Origin: Patescibacteria group bacterium
GTDB taxonomy: Bacteria > Patescibacteriota > Patescibacteriia > UBA9934 > GWF2-40-263
Assembly (NCBI GenBank): GCA_038065075.1
Contig: JBBTRQ010000023.1
Location: forward strand, 1 to 56,365
Direction of reading: 5' to 3'
Length of the DNA stretch: 56,365 nucleotides
Shown piece by piece: positions 35,868-43,476 of the stretch (positions are counted from its first letter, which is position 1; each line of letters opens with the position of its first letter). The notes under the pieces are model-generated. The model was not told where the DNA came from, made no database searches, and was given only the letters and a program-made list of their open reading frames with translations. The position numbers and the translations under genes are program-made.

Positions 35868-36557
35868 ATGACCGCATTTCTCCTTACATCGATTATCTTG
35901 TTTGTCATCTGGCTCGCGTTGTTTTTGTTCTCAAGTGAAACGCGTCACGAGCAGATCATCATGAGCATCGTCGGTCTTGTTCTCTCGCCGGGAATTCTCT
36001 TGATCGCCGCCTACGACTTCCGACAAATTGTCTCCGACGAAGTCGCGGCGGTAGGGATCGAGGATTTCCTCTTCGCATTTTCGTTCTTTGGAGTAGCGGC
36101 CGTGATCTACCAAGTGCTCATCGGCAAACACGCGCACAAGATTCGTGGCTCACGATACGAGATGAAACATCTTGGCCACTGGGTGGGACATCTTCTGCTC
36201 ATCCTCGGACTCTGGGCGTTCGCCGCGCTCCTGCTCATCGAGGTCTTTGATCTCTCGAGCATCCAAGGCCTCATCATCGGTGGCCTCTTGGTGGGCATGT
36301 ACATCATCGCGGACCGCCATGACCTCACGATGAACGCGCTTCTCTCAGGGCTTTTCATGGCCGCGCTCGTCTTCATCGTCGAACAAATTTTCTTCGTGCG
36401 CCTGTTCCCCATCGACGCCGCCTCGTTCTGGCAATTCGACGCACTCTCCGGCTTCATCATCGGCGGCATTCCGCTGGAGGAAATCATGTGGGCCGCTGTG
36501 GTTGGCTTCACGATCGGACCGTTGTACGAGTGGCTGAGGAAGTATCAGTTAAGATAG
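35868..36557 (+). CDS. polytopic membrane protein (229 aa)
   Basis: About seven hydrophobic segments. Family not assigned. Confidence 0.55.
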   Translation: MTAFLLTSIILFVIWLALFLFSSETRHEQIIMSIVGLVLSPGILLIAAYDFRQIVSDEVAAVGIEDFLFAFSFFGVAAVIYQVLIGKHAHKIRGSRYEMKHLGHWVGHLLLILGLWAFAALLLIEVFDLSSIQGLIIGGLLVGMYIIADRHDLTMNALLSGLFMAALVFIVEQIFFVRLFPIDAASFWQFDALSGFIIGGIPLEEIMWAAVVGFTIGPLYEWLRKYQLR

Positions 36558-36566
36558 GCAAGTAGT

Positions 36567-36785
36567 ATGGCAACGAAGAAACCAAAAATTTCCTACGATT
36601 CTGAGGCACAGATTCTCTCAATACGACTATCTCCACAAAAGAGTGTTGATTCGGATATCTACGGAAATGTTATCGTCGACTACGGCAAGGATGGCCACAT
36701 GGTAAATGTTGACATCATGGATATATCTCTTTCTGAATTCAAACGGGAACCCGCGATGCGAAAATTGATTGCTGTAACTGCCTAA
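36567..36785 (+). CDS. DUF2283-family small protein
   Basis: KISYDSEAQILSIRLS...VIVDYGKDGHMVNVDIMD. Confidence 0.65.
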   Translation: MATKKPKISYDSEAQILSIRLSPQKSVDSDIYGNVIVDYGKDGHMVNVDIMDISLSEFKREPAMRKLIAVTA

Positions 36786-36806
36786 AAAATTCAGGCTGAT
36801 TTTTTT

Positions 36807-37325
36807 ATGCTGAAGCCACTGAATATAGCATTCGAGAAGGGTCTGAGACTCTTGTCCACACACATGCCTGTCTCAGACGAAAATACGAGAAAGCCTGTTT
36901 TCTTCCATGACGTACGAGTGGGTGTTTATCTATACGAGAATCACTATTCTCGAGAGATTATTCTCGCTGGTCTGCTACACGACACGCTTGAGTTCAGCAA
37001 CATCACCGAACAAATTCTCAAAGACGAATTCGGTGAAACGGTCTTGAGACTGGTGCAAGCAAGTACTAAAGATGACTCCATCCAGGATAAGGAAGAGAAG
37101 ACAAGAGAACTGATCCGTCGCGGTGTTGAAAACGGACAGGACGCGCTCATTGTAAAAGCGGCAGATATTCTTGATAGCTTCAAGTTCTACACCGCCACCA
37201 AAAACGTCGGCGAGATCGAGTACTGTATGAGAAACGCGCGAGCCATCTTCCAGTTCATGCCTCCCGAGTTCAACGACAAGATTTTTGTTGAGTTGAAAGG
37301 ATGGATGGAGAAGCATCCATCGTAA
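36807..37325 (+). CDS. HD-domain phosphohydrolase
   Basis: HDVRV..AGLLHDTLE. Confidence 0.6.
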   Translation: MLKPLNIAFEKGLRLLSTHMPVSDENTRKPVFFHDVRVGVYLYENHYSREIILAGLLHDTLEFSNITEQILKDEFGETVLRLVQASTKDDSIQDKEEKTRELIRRGVENGQDALIVKAADILDSFKFYTATKNVGEIEYCMRNARAIFQFMPPEFNDKIFVELKGWMEKHPS

Positions 37326-37395
37326 ATTCTGTGTTTGAAAACTTTTGTCGAGATTTTAAAATGCCCGAGGGTTGCGTGCCTTCGGGCTTTGCGTT

Positions 37396-37830
37396 TTAGT
37401 CTCCCAGCACCTCCTTGAGGCGGGCGAGGGCGACGGCATGGTCGAAGGCCATGCGGGTGAGATCGATCTGGTCGAGATCGACGAGATGGACGGCGGCGGC
37501 ATCGGAGGCAGCGTGTGCCATCCCGATGGTGTCCGAATCGACGCGGCACCAGAACACGTGCGCGGCCGTGTGGCCGGGACGCGGATCGCGGCCTGGAGTG
37601 TCCAGCACGATCATGGGCTCGAGGACTTCACAGGAGAGGACAAGCCCGACCTCTTCCTCGAGCTCACGCACGGCCGCATCGACCAAGCCTTCGCCTGGAT
37701 CGACCCGTCCGCCTGGAAACGCGAGGCACCCTTTGAAAGGATCTTTCGCACGCTCGATCAGGAGGACACGGACGCCGTCCGTGAGCACGACGTCGACGGT
37801 GAGCTGATCAGTCACGGGCACCTCCTGCAT
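37396..37830 (-). CDS. NUDIX hydrolase (GC-rich cassette)
   Basis: Nudix box [24 protein letters not shown]. The start is set at MQEVPV (ATG 37830). Confidence 0.8.
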   Translation of the reverse strand: MQEVPVTDQLTVDVVLTDGVRVLLIERAKDPFKGCLAFPGGRVDPGEGLVDAAVRELEEEVGLVLSCEVLEPMIVLDTPGRDPRPGHTAAHVFWCRVDSDTIGMAHAASDAAAVHLVDLDQIDLTRMAFDHAVALARLKEVLGD

Positions 37831-38086
37831 CAGCACAGCGCTTGTCGGGGATGCTCGAGTCATTGGGACCGCGGTAGTCGATGTCTGTCTCGACACCGCA
37901 GGCAACGCACGAGAACGTGACATACATGTCATGGCCACCGCCGTAGTCGTAATGGTGCGTGTGGTAGAGGTCGCCGAATTCCACGAGGAGCTTGGCTCCA
38001 CACCCACCACCACCGTTTCCCTTGCCAGTACAATCGAACTCTCCAGACCAACCCTTCTGCGGGCGACCCTTCTTGAGCACCTTCAT
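37808..38086 (-). CDS. small Cys/Gly-rich (zinc-ribbon-like) protein, co-transcribed with the Nudix gene
   Basis: [16 protein letters not shown]...[15 protein letters not shown] lies 6 nt before the ATG. The gene overlaps the Nudix start. Confidence 0.5.
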   Translation of the reverse strand: MKVLKKGRPQKGWSGEFDCTGKGNGGGGCGAKLLVEFGDLYHTHHYDYGGGHDMYVTFSCVACGVETDIDYRGPNDSSIPDKRCADAGGARD

Positions 38087-38120
38087 GACGTTCTCCTTTG
38101 AATGAGCGACCGAGGGGGGT

Positions 38121-38150
38121 GCACATAGGTGCCGATCGGACCTTATGTGC
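38121..38150. promoter_or_regulatory. imperfect palindrome upstream of the Nudix operon
   Basis: GCACATAGGTGCCGATCGGACCTTATGTGC, extended by GAGGGG../..CCCCTC. The centre CCGATCGG is shared with 11539-11572. Confidence 0.3.
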
Positions 38151-38286
38151 TACCCCTCACTCGCAGGATCATCATGCCAGTCACACAGAAATTACTCGAC
38201 GAAAAATCGTCTTGAAATTGACTCAAATCAAAAAAGTGTCATAATTTAGGCAAATGATGTAAAGGAATCGCTACGAAATAAATCGT

Positions 38287-38340
38287 AAAAGATTGCTTCC
38301 CGCCACGCTTCGCTCGCGGTTTCGGCGCGCTCGCAATGAC
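38287..38340 (+). repeat. REP-like hairpin AAAAGATTGCTTC-(GC hairpin)-CTCGCAATGAC
   Basis: The termini are identical to 13727-13773. The element overlaps the annotated TrmB start. Confidence 0.7.
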
Positions 38341-39139
38341 ACAAGCTATGAACCTCTCACCGCTCGAACAAAAAGAAATCACGGAGGTCCTTACGTCTTT
38401 TGGCTTTAACCCTAAGGACCAGGACGTCTATATGGCTCTGCTTGCCCAAGGACAGACGACGCTCACCCCGCTCGCGAAAGTCCTTGGGATTCCTGTGAGT
38501 ACCGTCCAGTCCTCAATCAACCGACTCGTCGACCGGGGAGTCGTGGAGGTCAGCAAACAAAAAAGCCGCTCCTTGTATGAGGCGAGCGACCCGGATGTGT
38601 TCCGCGTGATTCTCAAAGAGCAGGCAAGCGGTGTGGCTGGAATTCTCCCCCTCTTGGAGAAGCTCAAAACGGAAACGCATACCACCCCAAAACTGCGCGT
38701 GTACCAACGCGATCGGGTCGCCGAAATTTTCAACGCAAGCCTGGAATGCAGAAGTGGGGTTGTGTACGAGATCGTCTCCGCGGATGACTTTCAGCACATC
38801 ATTGGCGAGAAGTACCACTATTCCCGTCGTCGAGTGAAGGCGGGCGTCCAGCTTAAAAGTCTTCGCGTCCGCAGTCATGAAATCAAGAAGTACAGCCTCG
38901 CCACACACAAACGCGAACTACGCGAGGCCCGTTTCCTTCCATCTGAGCTCACGTTTCGCACAAGCATTTCTTTCTGGGACAACACGGTCGCCTTTTTCAC
39001 GACCAAGGGTGAGGGCATCCACTGGACGATCGAAAGCAAAACTCTGCGCGAAATGGTTGAGCAGATCTTTGAACTGCTCTGGAGCGTCTCAGGCAGAATG
39101 GAAACGCTAGTCGAGCCATCGACAAATAAGGTACAATGA
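38336..39139 (+). CDS. TrmB-family transcriptional regulator
   Basis: N-terminal wHTH FNPKDQDVYMALLAQGQTTLTPLAKVLGIPVSTVQSSINRLVDRGVV. An alternative start is MNLSPLE at 38348. Confidence 0.65.
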   Translation: MTQAMNLSPLEQKEITEVLTSFGFNPKDQDVYMALLAQGQTTLTPLAKVLGIPVSTVQSSINRLVDRGVVEVSKQKSRSLYEASDPDVFRVILKEQASGVAGILPLLEKLKTETHTTPKLRVYQRDRVAEIFNASLECRSGVVYEIVSADDFQHIIGEKYHYSRRRVKAGVQLKSLRVRSHEIKKYSLATHKRELREARFLPSELTFRTSISFWDNTVAFFTTKGEGIHWTIESKTLREMVEQIFELLWSVSGRMETLVEPSTNKVQ

Positions 39140-39146
39140 GCGCGTT

Positions 39147-39533
39147 ATGTCCGAGCTTGATCACTCCCTCAATGTCTCCGACTGGCTTTCGCAAACCGAA
39201 GGTAAACTTTCGGTTGACGTGGTGGAGACACAAGATGAGATCGTGGTTCGATCGGCTATTGCCGGTGTGCGAACCCAAGACCTCGACATCACCCTCTCCG
39301 ATGACACGCTCACGATTCGAGGAGTGCGCAACCATGCGTGTGAAGAATCTACGCGCGATCAAGTTCACGTCCAAGAATGCCACTGGGGATCGTTCTCGCG
39401 CACCATCATCCTTCCCTGTTCGGTCGACGCCGACTCGGTGGACGCCACCCTGCGACGCGGCATCTTGACGATCCACATGAAAAAAGTTGAGATGGACAAA
39501 AGCATTACCGTGCTCGAATTGGACGATCTATGA
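39147..39533 (+). CDS. Hsp20/alpha-crystallin small heat-shock protein
   Basis: Alpha-crystallin domain ..LTIRGVR..SFSRTIILPCSVDADSVDATLRRGILTIHMKK. Confidence 0.85.
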   Translation: MSELDHSLNVSDWLSQTEGKLSVDVVETQDEIVVRSAIAGVRTQDLDITLSDDTLTIRGVRNHACEESTRDQVHVQECHWGSFSRTIILPCSVDADSVDATLRRGILTIHMKKVEMDKSITVLELDDL

Positions 39534-41377
39534 CCTGGACCATCAAAGTCGTGTTGTATTCAACCCTCGTGGGCATCACGATTTTTTGTTTGGGCATCTA
39601 CCTCTGGGCGCATGACTACGAGGGACGATTGCCACCCAGCACCCACATCGACGGCGTCGAGGTGGGCGGAATGGATCCAGAAGAAGTACGCCAAGCCTTG
39701 CAGGGACGCATCGACGCCATCCTTACCGACGGTGTCGAGGTGGTGGTTGGTGATGAATCTCGAACATTGAGCCTTGTCACGTTGTCCTCTGGTGACGCGG
39801 CACAGGATGTTGACTTTGCGCTGACGGAAACACTCGACTCCCTCATGGCAGGGCACAAGGACGGCTCCATTGCCGATGCCGCCGCGATGTTCCTCTCGCT
39901 CCTGTCTCCACGCGCGGTCGCGATTCCGGTCACGCTCCAAGAGGACCGTATCCAAACAAACGTGCTCGCGCTCTTCCCTGATACGGAGGTCCGCGCACAA
40001 AACGCCACGTTCACCATCTCGTGGAATGCAGAAAAAAACATGTGGTCGATTGGTGTGGTCGATGGAACTCCTGGGAAGGAATTCCAGTGGGATCCATTCT
40101 TTAGAGAGCTGGAGGAACAACTCGTGACACTTCAATCGTCTCCCATCGTGCTTGAACTTACGCAAGTGACGCCTCGCGTCTTTTCCGAAGAGGAAAAACA
40201 CGAGCTCGCCAGTAAGGCCGCGACCGCTCTACAAACAGGCTCGCAAAGAATTTATGCCACCTACGAGGATCAAACCTGGAAATTAACCGGAGATGAGCTC
40301 GGCGCCATGCTCGCCCCGGGAGACGATCTGCGATTGACGTTCTTAGAGGAACCCCTCCTCACCTGGATCACAACGATCGCACAGGACGTGAACCAAACCG
40401 CTCGTGATGCCCGGCTCACCATTGAGAACGGACGCGTCGTTGACTTTGTTGAAAGCCTCGAGGGAAGAACCCTCGATGAGGAACAATTGAAGGAGGACCT
40501 GCTCGCGCTGATCGCGGTTGTTCAGGAAGAACCGCTTCTTCCCATCGAACTCCTCGTAGACATTGTTCCACCCACCATCACTACCGGCGACGTCAACGAC
40601 TTGGGCATCGACGAAATCCTAGGCGTGGGCACATCTAGTTATCGCGGAAGCCCGACCAACCGCCGCGGCAATATCCAAAACGGTGTCGATCTTTTGAATG
40701 GAATCCTCATCGCACCGGGAGAGACATTCTCGCTCCTTGCCGCGCTTTCCCCGTTCACCTACGAGAATGGCTATCTCCCCGAGCTCGTCATTAAGGGCGA
40801 TAAGATCACGCCTGAGATCGGCGGAGGCCTCTGCCAAATCGGCACGACGACCTTCCGCGCGGCCATGGCTGCGGGGCTCCCCATCGTCGAGCGCCAGAAC
40901 CATTCGCTCGTCGTCTCGTACTACAACGATCCGGCCAACGGGAACCCGGGGACAGACGCGACGATCTACGAGCCGGCACCGGACTTCAAATTCCTCAACG
41001 ACACGGAGAACTACATCCTCTTCCAAGCCGAAAACGTGACGGATACACAGGAGCTGCGATTTACCTTCTGGGGCACTAACGATGGTCGCACGGCCTCGTA
41101 CTCGCCTCCCATTGTCTCGCGTTGGATTCCCGTGGGTGAAACGCAATACATCGAGACACTCGATCTCGAGCCAGGTGTGGAACAATGTCAGGGATCGCAT
41201 ATTGGTGCGGATGCATCGTTTGTATACACAGTCGTGAGCGCACAAGGAGAGACTACAGAGACGACGTTCGAATCGCACTACCGGCCACTGCCACGTATCT
41301 GTCTGATCGGCGTGGAGGAACTCACTCCCCCTCCCTTATCCACAGAAATTCTTGCACCTGATTCTGACGCGCCGTAA
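39530..41377 (+). CDS. VanW-family protein with N-terminal TM anchor
   Basis: GGGLCQIGTTTFRAAMAAGLPIVERQNHS is a VanW signature. Confidence 0.75.
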   Translation: MTWTIKVVLYSTLVGITIFCLGIYLWAHDYEGRLPPSTHIDGVEVGGMDPEEVRQALQGRIDAILTDGVEVVVGDESRTLSLVTLSSGDAAQDVDFALTETLDSLMAGHKDGSIADAAAMFLSLLSPRAVAIPVTLQEDRIQTNVLALFPDTEVRAQNATFTISWNAEKNMWSIGVVDGTPGKEFQWDPFFRELEEQLVTLQSSPIVLELTQVTPRVFSEEEKHELASKAATALQTGSQRIYATYEDQTWKLTGDELGAMLAPGDDLRLTFLEEPLLTWITTIAQDVNQTARDARLTIENGRVVDFVESLEGRTLDEEQLKEDLLALIAVVQEEPLLPIELLVDIVPPTITTGDVNDLGIDEILGVGTSSYRGSPTNRRGNIQNGVDLLNGILIAPGETFSLLAALSPFTYENGYLPELVIKGDKITPEIGGGLCQIGTTTFRAAMAAGLPIVERQNHSLVVSYYNDPANGNPGTDATIYEPAPDFKFLNDTENYILFQAENVTDTQELRFTFWGTNDGRTASYSPPIVSRWIPVGETQYIETLDLEPGVEQCQGSHIGADASFVYTVVSAQGETTETTFESHYRPLPRICLIGVEELTPPPLSTEILAPDSDAP

Positions 41378-41705
41378 TATCCATACGTCATAAAACAAAA
41401 CGACTCGCTCGCGCGAATCGCCTGCCAGGCCTTCAGCCGGGTTTGCTCATTCCACAGAATGATCTGCAGGCAAGAAATTTCATGCGTGGACAGATCGAGC
41501 GCAATGCCTGATGTATCCACGTTATGAAATCCCATGCTTGTCGTGCCTGCAGATCACTCTGAACAATTGCCGGGATGACCAGAGAAAAGAACAGGACTGT
41601 AGGGTAACGCCACAGTCTACCTACTGAATGAAAAGTTGTCAAGTATCTGAACACGATCATGATACCTTATCCACAAATGCCTGGCAATAGTGAACCGATC
41701 CAACC

Positions 41706-41731
41706 AAAAATGGGCAGAACGCCCATTTTTT
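41706..41731. terminator. bidirectional intrinsic terminator downstream of clpP
   Basis: AAAAATGGGCAGAACGCCCATTTTTT. Confidence 0.7.
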
Positions 41732-41780
41732 GAATATTCGAGAAATCTCATCCACGACCTATCCCCGCTCTGTCCCCTGC

Positions 41781-42401
41781 TTATTTGATCACCTTATCAA
41801 CCAATCCGTACTTCACCGCTTCATTGGCCTCGAGGAAATAATCGCGCTCGGTATCGCGTTCCACGTCCGATTTTTTCTTTCCCGTGTGCTGGGCGAGGAT
41901 GTTGTTGAGTTGGTCCTTAATCTTCAAAATACGCTCGGCATGGATTTTGATATCGGTTGCCTGTCCTGATACACCGCCGAGGACCTGATGAATCATCACC
42001 TCCGAGTTTGGAAGCACAAAACGCTTTCCTTTCGCGCCCGCGGCCAAGAGAACCGCTCCCATGCTCGCCGCCATGCCCACGCAAATCGTCGACACATCCG
42101 GCTTCACGTACTGCATCGCATCGTAGATCGCGAGTCCCGCGGTAACGGAACCTCCCGGGGAGTTGATGTAGATCTTGATGTCCTTGGTCTTATCCTGGCT
42201 CTCCAAGAACAACAGCTGGGCGATCACCAAGTTCGCGACGACGTCATCAATTTCTGTTCCCAGAAAAACGATGCGGTCTTTCAAGAGACGTGAATAGATG
42301 TCATAGGCTCGTTCTCCGTCATGAGATTTTTCAATGACGGTTGGAATCAAGATCGAGTCGATGGGGTCGTGGAATGTGGAGGTGATATCAAGGTTATTCA
42401 T
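41781..42401 (-). CDS. clpP: ATP-dependent Clp protease proteolytic subunit
   Basis: [19 protein letters not shown].., [14 protein letters not shown] (catalytic Ser), MIHQ. Confidence 0.95.
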   Translation of the reverse strand: MNNLDITSTFHDPIDSILIPTVIEKSHDGERAYDIYSRLLKDRIVFLGTEIDDVVANLVIAQLLFLESQDKTKDIKIYINSPGGSVTAGLAIYDAMQYVKPDVSTICVGMAASMGAVLLAAGAKGKRFVLPNSEVMIHQVLGGVSGQATDIKIHAERILKIKDQLNNILAQHTGKKKSDVERDTERDYFLEANEAVKYGLVDKVIK

Positions 42402-42413
42402 ACGCAGGTCATT

Positions 42414-43391
42414 CTAGCGTGTTTGTACGAGCTTTTCCACCCGCCAACATCCATCCTCCCCACACATGAGCCTAGACTCTGGAATGATATAGCCGGCCGC
42501 ACGTTTGTGTCCCCCGCCGCCCTGTGCCTTCGCAATCTCCGAGACATCACGCGTAAGCGATCGCATGGAGACCTTCACATGACCGTCCGCTGTCTCACGG
42601 TACACGCGCAGGGTGTCGATATCCGTGACGAGGTTAAGGAAATTAGACAGCCCGTCTATCTCGTCATCGCTGACTTGATTGTCTTCGATGTCCGCTCGTG
42701 TGAGGTACGTGCTGATCATGTTCTGCTCGCGATCTTCCTCGATCCGCTCAAGCGCCACGCCCCACACGCGCAGAGCCGAAACGGAACGATTGTGGAACAT
42801 GGCATGAATCACATCCTGCACGCGCGCGCCACTCAGTACCAATTTGGAGGCGGCATCCAGCGCCCGTTCATCCGTCGCGGCATTCGAGAACGCCGTCGTA
42901 TCAAAACACAGTCCTGTAAGCAGACACGTCGCCGCGTCTCGAGAGGGAACGATCTGATTCTCTTCGAAGAATCGATGAACAATCGCGGCGGTGGCAGGCG
43001 CTCCGTCCACAACTTGGTTCACATGGCCATAGCGACTGTTGGTGGTGTGATGGTCGATATTGATGACTTGGGGGTTGCCTGGAATTCTCTCAACAAGACC
43101 TCGAACAAATTCCGCATCGGAACAATCAAACACGACCACGAGGTCGACCTCTGGATTATCAAAAATCTGAAGGCTCGTCGTGCACTGGTGGGCGCGAGGA
43201 AGCCGACGATATTGTTCTGGCACGGTAGTCGCCACATACACCGGCACGGTCTTCCCGAGCGTCGCCATAAAATCCGCCATCGCGAGAGCGGACCCAAGGC
43301 TATCACCATCGATCCGTTCATCCGAAATGAACACCGGTTCATGAGCTTTCACGAGCAGATCGTAGATTTGTTTGTGGAGATAGGATTCCAT
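42414..43391 (-). CDS. nrnA: DHH/DHHA1 phosphoesterase (NrnA-like oligoribonuclease/pAp phosphatase)
   Basis: DGDSLGS, NIDHH and GGGHKRAAG motifs. Confidence 0.85.
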   Translation of the reverse strand: MESYLHKQIYDLLVKAHEPVFISDERIDGDSLGSALAMADFMATLGKTVPVYVATTVPEQYRRLPRAHQCTTSLQIFDNPEVDLVVVFDCSDAEFVRGLVERIPGNPQVINIDHHTTNSRYGHVNQVVDGAPATAAIVHRFFEENQIVPSRDAATCLLTGLCFDTTAFSNAATDERALDAASKLVLSGARVQDVIHAMFHNRSVSALRVWGVALERIEEDREQNMISTYLTRADIEDNQVSDDEIDGLSNFLNLVTDIDTLRVYRETADGHVKVSMRSLTRDVSEIAKAQGGGGHKRAAGYIIPESRLMCGEDGCWRVEKLVQTR

Positions 43392-43476
43392 AGTTCGACA
43401 GGCTCACTATCTATAGGGAGCCGCACACTCTATCCTACCCCAAAGCGATGGTCAACCATGTTATAATCGTTTCACT

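Noticed and set aside
37326-38200. Direct or inverted repeats flanking the Nudix cassette (TAAATTCTGTGT/ACACAGAAATTA and TTGAAAACTTTTGTCGAG/CTCGACGAAAAATCGTCTTGAAA)
   Set aside because: The matches are short, AT-rich and imperfect, and the two blocks are inverted individually instead of as one unit. This was not convincing as a target duplication without statistics.
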